The notes under the pieces are model-generated. The model was not told where the DNA came from and made no database searches. It saw only the letters and a program-made list of their open reading frames with translations. Positions 1 through 13,061 of a DNA stretch of 64,000 nt are shown piece by piece. Source of the DNA: Asterias rubens (taxonomy: Eukaryota); NCBI RefSeq assembly GCF_902459465.1, contig NC_047062.1:29698001-29762000 (forward strand), read 5' to 3'. The translations under genes were made by a program, and so were the position numbers. The stretch's first letter is position 1, and each line of letters opens with the position of its first letter.

Positions 1-357
1 TTTCCCCGCAACTTCGATGATCGATTGAGCCCAAATTTTCACAGGCTTACTGGCATAAAAACTTACTTGGTAATGAGAAATTGAGAACTGTTGAAAGTAT
101 AAACATTGTGATAAACAAACTCCTGCTGAAGTTATGTAGTTTTGGGGTAATTTCTCACTCCAATGCTAAGACTTCAGTTGAAGCCTTTTGTTATGCATCT
201 GAAAGCACACAAAGTTGTGCAACCAGTCTTTTTTCTTCTCTCTTACAACTTTGATGACCAATTGGGCCCAAGTTGGGGAGTTGATGCAGTTGTTAGGATA
301 CACAAGTGCAAATACTGTTCTTTGATGACAACTACCAAGTGTTGACAGTGCCTTTAG
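1..357. mobile_element. Partial/rearranged Kolobok-like MITE; other partial copies at ~10636-10910, 31770-31868, 34860-35020, 47355-47600, 54481-54630, 57860-58193, 59936-60170
   Basis: Family internal motifs (CGCAACTTCGATGA, AAACTTACTTGGTAA, GATACACCAAGT) and one TIR end. Confidence 0.7.
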
Positions 358-2886
358 TCTAGGTGTTCACATCGTCTTGTGTTCCTTGTGTTCACAGTGA
401 CTTGCATAGTACAAGTAGTGACACATTTTCATGTATGTGGCTTGAGTGACACTATGGGTTTTATATCTAGCCTTGATGACCATGGCGTTCTCTACCTGTA
501 GCTTTTATACCTCCAGATTGTCTGAGGTAAATGTGTGTGATGTGACATGTGACATCTGACATTCCATGGCAAACAATTTGTGTGGGCTTAAGTACATGTA
601 AGTGTGTTTGAGTGGTTCAATGAGGTGTTTGTACATGGTACATGATTTGGTACTCTCTCTCTCTCTCCCTGTTGAGAGTCCTTAAACTTCTAAAAAAATC
701 AACTTCATCAACTTTTGAACAAAAATCACAGACTGGTACTGCCATTTGAGAACATCATGGCCTCTAGTATTACATGGGATGGTTTAACCATGTGTTCTCT
801 AAACACAAATGACTGCATCCGAGTTACCAAAGAATTTGTTTGAAACTGTGTTTCCTGATGACCGTGTTTGTTCCCCACCGCTTTTATGTTATTATTTGTA
901 TTTACATCAAAGTAAAAAACAAATAGGCCTATAGCTTTGATATATTTCACTGACAACTCAGTTTTTTAAAGTATGTTTATATATTGCTACAGTATAAGCA
1001 TGGAGCTATAATTCCTATATACAAGTAGTGTTTGTTTGTATTGTCCTGATTTGGTCCCAAGGTTGTGTGGGGCCCCACCCTATTTACTTCTTTGGTGCCA
1101 TTTTTCCTCTCCAAAATACATAATTATGCACAAAACCACGTTGAGGCTTGAAAAAAAATAGTCTGGTGCCTAGTCTGGTACAATAACTATGAACTTAAAT
1201 CACACACAGTTATTCAAGGACGCTAAACAAAGATGGCCACAACATATCTTTCTGGTAATGAAGCCACAGCCCAAGTGTTCCATGTCTGAAGATACCTGCA
1301 GGGAACGATTTCATCCAGCAAGTTTGCTTAGCAAGAAATTTAGACTGAACCTGTTTTTGTGCACATATTGATTAGAAAATGGGGATTTCTCAGTAGAAAC
1401 TGAAAAATTGTGATTGAAAATAGCCAGAAAAGTCTGTTCAAAGGCTATACCATGTGAACATCTAGGTCAGCCTTTGTACTTGATAAAATGCTCCTACTTT
1501 TTTTTTGAAAGCTTGCTGTGATCAATCTTAGCTCTTTGTGAAATCCAGTGCAGGATTTGGACCCGGGTCACAGATGTGAAAGGCAGGGAATACACCACTA
1601 AGCCAACTATTGTATAAGTATTTAGACTGCTCCCTCTTGGGGCTATCAGTCAATTGTGTGTGTAAAACTGTGTAGTGTACAAAATAACCCTTTTTCTTTG
1701 TCAATAGCGCATACCTTGGCACTAGACCAAGCCTCGCAACCATGGGCAATGCACTGTATCAATACCTCTCATCGCTCACCCCTGGTAGGGAAGCACTGAA
1801 AATTAACGCTGCATGGTTCACCAAAAGTTACTGCTTTGGGCACATCCTTGTTAAATACATTAGCATAGTACGCGCAGTGTGAAAATGCACGTATTTCAAC
1901 ACAATATATTTTAAATGAATGTTTTTATATGGTCCAGGTACAAGATCAAATTAGATTTAGAGGGGGCCAGTTGCTCTATGACTAGGTGTGTCTTTTGACA
2001 GCATGTTCTCTGTGAAGTTCCTAACACAGAATGGATCAGCCCCAGGACAAATTTTAAAATATCCAATATATATATACTTGACAAGTTAATAGTCCGTCCA
2101 TGTATGTATTGTTGAATTTAAAGATTTTTGATGTAATTTATTGCCTCAATTAAAATGTGTAGAAATCCGTCCAGATTTTTATGTCGGTTCAGCTGTGTTG
2201 CTTAATGAATTCGTTATTATTGTGATCGAAAAAAAGTCGTTGCTTGAACGCAAGTTGTGTATGTTATTTTCTTTACTTTGTAGAAATAGTCACATCACTT
2301 TTAACAAGTTTGTTATTACTTAACCATACAAATGATTGTACTTTAGTTTATACTCCACATTTAAATTCACTCGCACTAATTAGTTTTACTGCATTAGGAT
2401 TTACTTCAAATTAACTTGGAACAACTAAACAAATTTCTATAGAATTGAATGTACTAACAGCTTGGACCAACTTTTAAAATTGTAAATTTTCTAAGTTTAT
2501 CTTGCCATTTTGATACAAATTGCTCACTCTTAGTTGTGGACTGAAAAGATCAACTATGCATATATGTTTTAAAAGTTGTTGCTGTGTTTGCATTATATAA
2601 CTTAATTAATTAAGCAACGACTTAATTTGTACATAGAAAACTTCTGAAGCGAACACAAGTGCCCATGTTTTGTTTGTACATGTATCTTTTACACTCAACT
2701 GCAGCTTTTGTCAGTATTCGAGGCAATGCACCGTTTTGTAAAACTTATATAATTCGTTACAAATGTATTGTATTTAAATTTGATTATGATGATATAACTA
2801 TTATTGTTTTATAATAAAGTATGTTTTGTCGTTCAATTTTTCTTTGTTTATGGTTTGTTTTATGGTATAAATCACTCACTAATTGT

Positions 2887-3025
2887 TTGGGTTTTGTATA
2901 CAAACAGCAAAGTGAGGTTGTCCTCGTTGGTTTTGTACACGGAAAGCGAAGTGCGGTTATCCTTATTGGTTTTATACACGAAAAGCGAAGTGAGGTTTTC
3001 CTCGTTGGTTTTGTACACAAAAAGT
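2887..3025. repeat. 39-bp minisatellite, ~3.5 copies
   Basis: GGTTTTGTACAC..AAAGCGAAGTG.GGTT.TCCT.(G/A)TT recurs at 2890, 2929, 2968 and 3007. Confidence 0.85.
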
Positions 3026-3869
3026 GGGTCTTCACCCAGTCAAAACACATGGATCTCACCAAACCACTCAATACATTACCAAAATACAACTTTATTTATC
3101 AAGTTAAGGTATTTTCTTGGTCATGGCCCAACGTATGAAAAATATTATCTAGTGTGCGGCACTCTTTCATTTTGTCTCTACTAATGTGATTAATATTTAT
3201 TTGATAATTCCAGTACAAAATCTAAGTCACCACATTTTGTTCTCTGTTAGTCTGTAATGAGATTAAATCATTCAGATCTTAAAACCAAACATAACGCTTC
3301 AAAAACATGAATGATAAATACAAACTCATTGTCACATCTCGGAATCTAATCAAAGAGTGCTTCTGATTATTGATAAATGTGTTGTCCAAACAATGAGGCT
3401 TTGTCCCTGACTCAACACCCTATCACAATCTCGGCCATTCTGTTCACCCTGGTTAAAGTTCATGTTGTTTAAAATGTATCAACAATGGGGGGGGGGGACA
3501 TTCTCTTGGTGTGTCATCACCATTTTCACTAAAAGATAGACAATTCAAAGGTGTACACAAAATACTACAAAGCAAAGTTTTAATCAGGATTTAGTAAAAG
3601 GTTGTCCAAATTTGCTGGAAACTTAAAAACCTGCTTAGCCAAGAATCTTGCTTAGCAGAAGTTTCAAAATGACAGACCCCAATTTCATAGAGCTGTTTTT
3701 AGCAGGAAATTTTGCTGAAGCGGACATTTAGCAGATTAACACTAACAGTCACAAATTGCACATGTGACATGGTAGTTTACCTGCCAACTTTGTTTTGGTA
3801 AGCATAATAGTGTTATGCTGAGCTATTTCTGGGGGGTTAAGCTCTATGAAATTTGGCCCATCTGCTTAC

Positions 3870-4700
3870 CTTAATATTCCAAATCACTTAGATCAATCCA
3901 ATCCATACAACAGTTTGGTGTTCCCAGTTCTGTAATTTCTCAGAAATCAAATTCAGTTGCATTTTATGGGTGCTAACAAAGACCCCATTCTACAAGATGA
4001 CTTCAGTCTGTGCACTTTCTTGCAGAGATTGGTTGCAAAGTCTGTCTGCGATCCAACTCCTGGGAGGTATGTTGAATTGATGACATTTCCACTATTTGGT
4101 AAACCCTTGGCTAGAGTTATAAACTTGAAGTGGCACTGGTGTGGGATGTCAGGCTACATGCACGGGGAGGAGTCCAACCTCGAAGAAGCTTTCTGATGGG
4201 GAATAATCCTCACTATACTAGACAATTAAAACAGACAGAGTGAATTATTATTTTAATTGTGTGAAAAAAGGTATACAAATTTATCAACCCTGCTATTGTC
4301 AAGGTGGGCCTGAGAAACTGTTTTATTTGGCCTAGTAAAAAACAGACTGTACTTATAGGCCTATACGGCATAAAGGTTGCAAGAAGGAGGAAATGACTAA
4401 AGACGATCAGTATCGTCTTGGATAATGCCATTTGAAACAATTTCCGTATCCTGCCACCACTTTTTCATTCATGATGAAATAATTTAGGGTATATTTACTC
4501 AAAATAAGATATTCCAAACTTATCTAACCGGACGTGTCAGTGTCGAATACAACCTTTACGGGGAATAACACGAACAGCCTGTCCAAACCATGAGTAGTGG
4601 AATTCATTTGAACACCTGAATTGTGACCCGCCGAAACGTGCATGTGCCGCCATTTTGAATTTACCGGTTAAGAACAAGAAAAAAGCAGAGGCAGCCTGGC
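3870..4700 (-). other. Possible 5' non-coding exons of an unidentified minus-strand transcript
   Basis: YY1-like AAAATGGCGG near 4647-4657 (-) in a CpG patch. Candidate exon 4217..3870 with ttgtctag acceptor and AAG|GTAAGC donor; no long ORF in any frame. Confidence 0.25.
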
Positions 4701-7059
4701 AACTAAATAAATACCGTTGGTGTAGCCTACTTCTTGCGTTGGCATGCATGGATTCCGCATGCATGTGCAAGAAACATACACAACTTGGAAAAGAAGAATA
4801 TATAACAAAATGAAAAGCATTACCTGTATAAAGATGAGGATAATAGTTATGGAAGAAACATTAGGTCGAAACGTGGAAGACATGCATGTCTTCCCCACAC
4901 GGTGACTGGAAACTTCTGGACGTGGAGGGCGCTCGATAAATTGAGTTGAAATTTTAATAGGCACTATAAAAGACAGATAACCCGTGTTCCAGGGAAAAAC
5001 TTTCCATGAAGCATCGGAATTTAACTTGATAAGTGAGCGGCAGAAGGGGCAAGGTGCGGCATTTTTCTGGGGGATTTCTGGCCAAGGTTGCGGCTGAATT
5101 TGTTTACAAAACAACTTCATGTGATCACCCTGGGGTCTTAATCGTTTAAATCATATTACTCGATGCAGTCAATATTTGTTCATGAAAAAATAACACTACA
5201 ACCTTCTTACAAATACCGCCATGAACAGAAAGGGAACGTTTAAGTTCATTTGAAAAACAAAAGTGCCTCTATTCGGAGCAAGAGCAAGGACCTGGACCAA
5301 TTTCAAAGCTGTAAAGCAGAAAATACTGCTTAGCAAACTTCTTTGCTATGGAATTTTAGCTGGTATAACCAGTTTCCGTTAAGCAAGATTTGTCTCTGCT
5401 TAGCAAGTTTTTATGCTTACAAACTTTTTGAAATTGTCCCAGTTCGAGATTCACAATAAGTGGAAACGATATTTGAGGAATATTAATATTCTGAAATAAT
5501 ATAGTTTAATTAATAGACAACATAATACGCCTATAATGACGATAATGCAAAATACATTGAGTACTTATAATTTCAAAGAAAAACACAGTAAGCTTGTAAA
5601 AACATTAATCAGAAATGTAAATAATTGAGATAATAAATTGATTATTCTTAGGAAATAGAGATAAAGTAGGCCGGTACGCAACTTTGGCATTATTGACAAA
5701 ATGTATTAATATTTTATGGCCACCAACATTGGTGATACCAAGCCTACATGGTAAAACACAGCTGGTCAATCTCATCGCTCGATTTGCTTGATCTTTCAGT
5801 GTAGATGATTTGAACGATTTGACTGGATACTTTATGACATTTAAACCATAACATTTGGAAAACGGTTTATCTATATGGGCCACCAATAACAATCAACATA
5901 AAACAATTACATGCCACTGTATTTCAAACGGTGGCAGTTTAGTACAATACAAATGGCGCTTGAATAATTTTAGTCTCTATAACTGACCGTGCATTACTGA
6001 TGACTTAATTAATATACATAAGCATATTGGTTCAATCAACAAGAAAAATGTTTGTCCCATCAAATTTAACACTATAAAGTTAATGGAAAGATTATGTTTC
6101 TTTGGTAATATTTAAATGTACGGCAAAACAAAGCAGCTTTCGAAAGTTAAAAAAAGTTTAGACATTTCGCTTTTGAAGTTGTGTGGTTATGTAAAACAAA
6201 AATAACCGTTGCCCAAAAATAAATCTGAGCAGCGTTACTGTGGAGACGATTCTCAGATTGTTCTCAGTTTTATTGTATTACATCTACATTTGAACGGCTC
6301 CAAAACCAAAGGTATACCTTGCCTTTAAGTTCGTTTCCTGTGCTACCGGTACTATGGCATGCAAAAAAAACAGCAGGTAAATGAAACTTTAACAGTATTC
6401 TTTACACACGAAAATAAGTAAGTGTTTTCTGAACTGCCAGAAAGAAAATGTGTTGCACTCTATGTTACTGGTAGACCCCTATGCGTCAGCTTTAAAGACA
6501 TAAACAATTACATTTAAAAACATTTTCATCATTAAAATTTTCTGTTTCACACTTTCTAAAATAAATCATAATATTTATACATGTTTCTATAGAAGGCTAT
6601 AACTTTACGGGTATATTAAACCATCAAGCTTCCCTCCCTCTCAGCCTGTGCCCCGCCCCTTTATAAAAGCCACCAATTTCATTCATAAAATCTCCACTTA
6701 GTAAAAACACAGGGCAAGGACAGAGATGGTAGAAAATGGTTCGCTAGCAACAGCTTTAAAAGTCGTGGGTTCGAATCCCACCCGAGTAACATGCCTATGT
6801 GACTTTTTTTTCCACAGAACTCGGGAAGTACTAAGTATACAGTGCTACACACATCGATGTATATGGGTATAACCACAATTAAATACATGAACCAACCCAG
6901 AACAGACTGGACAACGGCCTTAAACCGACATGATGAAACATTTTAGCCACGACTTTTGTGAACTCTTTCGCCTTTAAAAATGTACCGTAGGCCTAAGGGT
7001 AGAGAAAATAATGGAGACAAACAAATCAAGCCATTTTACCATGGGAAAGTCTAAATATA

Positions 7060-10000
7060 CTACACCACAGTTTCTGGATCGTCCATGCCCTTTGGTTTGG
7101 TCTCCAGCACCACGATATCATGGGGTAACACCACATCATCTTCCACACCATTGGGTACCTTGCCGTTAATACCATTCTCCGGCGTCTCTTCGGCCAACTC
7201 GACCGGCTTGTAGTCGTACTTATCGCTCACGGACCTGAGCTCCTTTTCCCGTTTCTCGTTGCGTGTTCGCCGTCTGTTGATCGGTATGGAGGCGAGGATC
7301 ATCCCGATGCCGATGCTAACAGCTGAGATGGCAACGATGATCGGCATACGGGCCATGATGTCGGCCTCGGGCTGGTCGAAGGACAGCTTGATGAGGGAAA
7401 TTGCAATTAAGTTGTTCTGGACGCCTGTCTCGATGCTCACGGTGCAGGAGGAGTCGATCGGGAATCGAGCGATGAACCTTTTGGGGACAAATAAAACCAA
7501 AATTAGATGAGCATGGTCACTGAGATGGGGGGGGGGGGAGTAAAACAAGATTTGGTGTTTGTAAAACGTGTCTGGAAATTAACTCTTTCGTGTGCTGTAC
7601 TAAAAAGAGCATCGGGCAAAACCCACTACGCTTTTCTTAGTTTTATTACCTTTGTTGACAAATTAATCAAACCAAAATTTAGATGAGCACGTTCACGGGG
7701 GGGGGGGGGTACAACCAGATTTGGTGTTTGGAAAAGGTGTCAGGAGAACTATCTCTTGCTTTTGCTGTACTAAAAAGAGCATCATGCTCAATTAGGCCAT
7801 TAAGTTGCCTGGGTAGTGACAAATGAAACCAAAATTAGATGAGCATGGTCACTGGGGGGGGGGGGGGGTTGTAATGTGTCTTTCTTTTGCTGCACTTTAA
7901 GGAGCATCAGGCAATTATACCCATCCCACTTTTCTTAAGTAGTAGTAGGAAACATAGAGTAACCCCTGTGTATTTTGCAATTTGTCATCGGGGTCACTAT
8001 ATGCAAACTTCAAAGTTGATGTTCTCACGGTTTTTAAACTCCGAAGGTTTTTGGGCTCACCAAGTTTTTGTGAACTCCGGAGGTTTTTTTAGTCAAGGTT
8101 TTTTGAAATATTTTAAAGGAAGTTTCCACCACGACCGTGAAATTTTCACCGATCTTCAACAAACAAATTATCAAGGCTTTAACCAATTTCTAAATAACGA
8201 TTTGTGATAATCTTTAACAGATTCTCGATGGGTTAAACTAAAGTGATTGAATAAGTAACTGTCCACAGTAAATCAAACACTGGGTAAATGTGGCAATTTA
8301 GGCATTGCATGGTGAGGTATCGATGTATCATTTGGTGTAGTACCAGAGCCCAATTTCGTATACAAGCGACAAATTGCATAAAGCTGTTAAGCAAAAAATT
8401 CTGCTTGAACAACTTCTTTGCTAAGCAAAAATTGAAAAGTAGGGCCCCAGTCATAACAATATAAACTTAATGTAATTTTAGCTGGTGTTTCTGTAAAGCA
8501 ATAATCGTTTGCTTAGCACGTTCTATTACATTTGGCACTGAAGGTAGGAAATCGGCAGAGACTTGCTATACTTTCGCTTAGTAGATCGGGGGATTTCTCG
8601 TTATTAACTTCATTGCCGCGAAGTGAGTTCTGAATTGTTCAGAATGTGAATACGTGTAAATTCTACAAGGGAACCTCAGTTGAAGGAATTTGGACCAGAC
8701 GAAAAAGCATGGTAAAAAGGGAGTGTAAATTTTGCACTGGAAGGCTCAGTTTTTAGTGGATTTGGTTAGACGGTTTTATTAGGGAAGTATATTTTATTTT
8801 AGGAAACGAACTTACTTTGCAAAGACGAATCCGATGATGAAGCCGAGTGTTGGATGCAAGAAACCACCGAGGAGAACTAGTCCCGGGGAGTAGATGACAT
8901 AGACATTGGAGTATATCCCGATACCAAGGGTCAAGATCACCAGCGTAAGTGAGAGAACGTTGAGGGATTTGATGACATAATGGGCCACCTTAGGGAGCTT
9001 GTGTCGTATCAGCATCCCGACCAGGAGGGGGATGGTCAGGAAGAAGATCTGCATGACTATCTTGCTGATGGGGAGGTTCATCCCGGCTTCGCCTTCGGAG
9101 CCTTCGGGTATGAAGAACCGACCGTAGATGAAGAGGTTTAGTGGGAGCATTCCGAGGGCGAGGCAGGTAGAGGCGAACGTCATGGTGACGCTCATGATGA
9201 GGTCGGCGTCCACTAAGAGAGTGATCATGTTGCTGAGGCCGCCACCCGGGCAGGACCCTACCGTCAGGAGCCCCATTGCCGTCAAGGGGTCTAACTCCAA
9301 GAGTTTGGACAGACACACGGCGACGATGGGCATGCATATGAACTGGCACACAGGGCCGACTAGGACTGGGATGGGACGGCGAAGCTTCTCTTTGATGAGG
9401 TCCAAGTCGAGCTTGCATCCCATACCGCATGTCGCGATTAGAACCAGGGGCAGGAGCATATAATCAAACAGAGTGTCAATAAAACGCGGTATTCTCTTGG
9501 TTTTTACTAAATAGGTGAAGACGTCAGCGTCATCCACGTCGAAAGTGACTGGGTTTAGGAGTATGACCTGAAGGACGGTGACACCCAGACGAACCCCTTG
9601 CAGTGTCACCGTCATTGTGACGTTGTCGTCGGTGCCAATCGGAGTCATTAGGAAAGTGTCATTGCTGAGGATGACAAACATGGCTTCGTCGGTGCTCTTC
9701 AGAACCATGGCGCGTGGGGTTATTAATCCGGAGTAGGAGATGGTGATATTTATAATTTGGCCCTCGTGAACGTAAAGCACGGGAGGGTCGTATGTAAGAG
9801 TGAAGTTCAAACCCAGGCCTTGGTCGACCACCGGTTTGCATGGAGGCGCCTGGGGTACGGCAGCGATTCCCAGCATCCCATCATCATCAGTAGACCCCGG
9901 TGTTTCAGCAGTGGCGACGATATCACTATCGGTGTCTTCCGTTTCAATCGGAACTTCCTCGGTGGTAAGATTTTTCTTCTTTCCTTTCTTGTTCTTCTTT

Positions 10001-10206
10001 CCTTTCTTCTTGGGCTTCTTTGTTGTTTCCAAACTTTCTCCTCCATCATCAGTTGCTGTCTTGGATGTTACAGCCACATCACTTTGTCTTTTGTATCTCA
10101 CCAAGCCATCATCATTTGAGTTCGAGGAGGATGAGGAAACACTAACCGCTAACACAAATAGAACCAATGTGAGACAGGCGATGATACCCAACCATTTACT
10201 CGCCAT
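7060..10206 (-). CDS. SLC10-family sodium/bile acid cotransporter-like protein (SLC10A3/A5-type, long N-terminal ectodomain), 602 aa, 2 exons
   Basis: complement(join(7060..7477,8816..10206)). Phase-2 junction AA|GTAAGT ... aaaag|G joins FVFAK to FIARFPIDSSCTVSIETGVQN. SBF motifs QFICMP, SCPGGGLSN, SVTMT...LGMLPLNLFIY and IETGVQN; N-terminal signal peptide; 1809 nt, TAG stop. Confidence 0.93.
7494..7915. repeat. Degenerate ~160-175-bp tandem repeat x3 at the 3' end of the SLC10 intron
   Basis: AAACCAAAATT(T)AGATGAGCA + G12-13 run at ~7494, 7669 and 7826; GCTG(T/C)AC..AA.GAGCATC follows in each unit. Confidence 0.75.
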
Positions 10207-11396
10207 GTTGACTCAGGTATGCTTGAAAAATGTTCTCAGAAAACACTCTCTTTCTCAGCTCAGTGAACGGCTACCACCAAACCGACGGGGGAGCGAAATG
10301 CTAGTGATTACGGCGTGTAACAAACAACATCAGAGAGCCTTGAGATTTTGGACCAGTTCTGATGGGTCCTTGGGGTTAGGTAGTGCACATTGATGGGGGT
10401 GTCTTGAAGGTAAACTAACAGGTGTCGTGGACTATTGGGAAATTACATGCAGATAGTCCTGGGAGAGAGAGCAAAACAGTGATATGAAGATTACATGGTG
10501 GCAATTGACGGCACTGGTGACCTTTGTGAAAGTTTGATGCAAAGGGCTGTCAAAAATTAAAGTTTTGTGTTAGTTTTATTTGTTTCCTCAATATGACCAC
10601 ATACATTTAAAGCATGGAGGAAACTTACTCCATGCTTAAAGGCACTGGACACTATTGGCAGTACTCAAAATAGTTGTTGCCTAAAAACTTACTTGGCAAC
10701 GAGCAAGGGAGAGCTGTTGATAGTAAAAAATATTGTGAGAAACGGCTCCCTTTGAAGAGTTAAGGGGTACTTCTCACTCGAGCCTTTTTTCGGCATCTAA
10801 AACACAAATGTGTGCAACAAGGGTGTTTTTCTTTCATTTTTGCCTGTAGAAGTTCCCTTACCAATTTTCATTCAGGGCTAACAATTATTTTGAGCAATTA
10901 CGTCATCTTGAATGGAGGCTACCACATTTTGAGCAAGTATACGTTTAATGCGAGTACTGTGAAGGAATGCCGATACGGATAGTCGTGTTTCAAAACAAAA
11001 CTCTGTTGTTTCACGAGGCCCTTTTTGGTGTCTCCTTGCGTCTCCATTCAACAGGTGTTTTTTCTTTCATGTCGAATGTGATTACTCGTGGCTCGCCAGT
11101 TGTCAAACCTTGAAATGACCACATGCCCGTAATTGAAAATTTACGAGACGAGCAACACTTTGGACCACTTCACTTTTATTGGTATGTGGCAATGCAATAA
11201 GACGTGTCCCCCGGTTTTTGTTTACAAGGATTTCATTTCCATTTATTTAACTCTGGTTGTGAAGCCATGGACTCTCAGAAAAGTGAACTTCATCGCTATA
11301 CAACTACACAGCGATGTTGCCAAGAACTCCATGGAGAGAACGAATAAAGTTTTAACTTTTGCCTAGCAAAGAAGTTTGTCACCAAGCAGTATCTGC

Positions 11397-11768
11397 TTAA
11401 AGACACTGGACATCACTATTGGTAATATTGTCAAAAACTAGTCTTTACAGCTGGTGTATCTCAACACATCATCATAAACAAAAACCGAGCTCAACCGGTC
11501 GTCGAAGTTGCAAAATATTAATGAAAGAAAACAACACCTTTGTCGCACCATGGTCACACGAAGTTGTGTGCTTTCAGATGCTTGATTTCGAGACCTCAAA
11601 TTCTAAATCTGAGGTCTCGAAATCAAATTCGTGGGAAATTACTTGTTTCTCGAAAACTACGTCACTTCAGAGGGAGCCGTTTCTCACAATGTTTTATACT
11701 ATCAACCTCTCCCCAAGTAAGGTTTTATGATAATAATTATTTTGAGTAATTACTAATAGTGTCCACTG
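11397..11768. mobile_element. Kolobok-like MITE (TTAA target, ~370 bp)
   Basis: TIR ttaaAG(A/G)CA(C/G)TGGACACTATTGGTAAT ... ATTACTAATAGTGTCCACTG; internal 17-bp hairpin TTGATTTCGAGACCTCA/TGAGGTCTCGAAATCAA. Confidence 0.8.
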
Positions 11769-12676
11769 ATGAAATTAGCCAGTCATTTTCAGAACTGTTG
11801 TTTTTTGGCACTTATACATCTCATTATTAGACAATGTGTGCATCTAAAAAAGTATAACAGGCCTACACCATGGATAAGGAAGAAAAACAGTGAAAAACGC
11901 ACAAGAATGTGCACAAAAATCAAACTTACCCATATAAAGTCCATTGGGTGGTAAGTACCGCACACAGGATGTTGCACTCTGCACTGGGTCTCTATGCCAC
12001 AACTGAACTGCCCCCGTTTCGCCGAGTTCGGTTTTTATTTAATTTCATAATCTCATCTAAATCTTATCTGGAATAAGTTAAGCTCCTGCATGATTATTGC
12101 GTATAATCCTCATATCTCTATTTATGAAAACACAAGGTTTGATAGTATTAGGCCTACCTTTTACCACACGAACCCCAAAATGTAGACCGATGCAGAGGAG
12201 GGGTTGTTAAACTAGTTGATCACATTAATTTTAAGCACTGTTGTACTTTGGTGCCTAGATTTAAGTTGTAAAGAAAACAACCCCAATGTCACGTTGATGC
12301 CCGTTCAAACCAACACTAGATCAATGGTGAAGTACGGGTCACATTTTCTTTGTTGAAAAACTGGGTCGCATATTTATTTTGGCTCACGTGCTGCTGGGGC
12401 CAATTCATATAGCTCATATAGAAAATTCTGCTTGACAAATTTCTTTGCAAAGCAATTAAGTTGGTCATCACAACACAACAATGTAGGAATGTATGTTGCC
12501 TATTTCTGTTAAGCAATGCCTTTCTGTGTTTAGCAAGGTTTTTTTGTGCTTACAGGCTTTATGAAATTTAGCCCAATTATCGTTTTTTTCTGCTTTGGAT
12601 CAGTTTATTTCCTTCCAGTAAAATGCCACAGACTAATATTTCAAGATGTACATGTATGTTGTTGTTGTTCACTAGT

Positions 12677-13061
12677 AATAGGCAGTGGACACTGTTGGTA
12701 ATTACTCAAAACAATTGTTAGCATAAAACCTTTCTTGGTGACAAGTAATGGGGAGAGGTTGGTGGTATAAAACATTGTGAGAAACGGCTCCCTCTGAAGT
12801 GCCATAGTTTTCGAGAAAGAAGTAATTTTCCACGAATTTGATTTCGAGACCTCAGAATTAGAATTTGAGGTCTCGAAATCAACCATCTAAACGCACACAA
12901 CTTCGTGTGACAAGGGTGTTTTTTCTTTCACTATTATCTCGCAACTTCGATGACCGGATGAGCTCAAATTTCCACAGGTTTGTTATTTTATGCATATGTT
13001 GAGATACACCAACTGTGAAGGCTAGTCTTTGACAATTACCAATAGTGGCCACTGCCTTTAA
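12677..13061. mobile_element. Kolobok-like MITE copy
   Basis: Same TIR and internal hairpin; ends CACTGCCTTTAA. Confidence 0.8.

Noticed and set aside
2887-3025. Regular repeats as a CRISPR array (also 27761-28058, 60804-61102)
   Set aside because: Units are head-to-tail without unique spacers, the context is eukaryotic, and no cas genes are present.
2784-3184. Three overlapping 100-126-aa ORFs with 13-aa repeats
   Set aside because: Open only because the 39-bp minisatellite is a multiple of 3; no splice or codon evidence.
4840-4880. GGTCGAAACGTGG as a hammerhead (also TTCGAAACTG near 52125 on -)
   Set aside because: No properly placed CUGANGA box or helix I/II, and G at the cleavage position in the first case.
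4668-5120. 150-aa minus-strand ORF as a protein-coding exon
   Set aside because: No recognisable domain, and no downstream in-frame exon could be joined.
8990-10393. Overlapping and antisense ORFs (8990-9430, 9128-9463, 9757-10119, 9800-10393)
   Set aside because: Shadows of the GC-rich SLC10 coding exon; no motifs or splice support.
10518-10526. HNF4-like TGACCTTTG upstream of SLC10
   Set aside because: A single 9-bp partial match is expected by chance; not enough to annotate.
11419-11749. Recurrent short ORFs containing [13 protein letters not shown] / [13 protein letters not shown] (also 12641-12900, 32172-32531, 42786-43034, 46836-47021, 61803-61988)
   Set aside because: They are translations of the same non-coding MITE, in different frames and strands, not a gene family.
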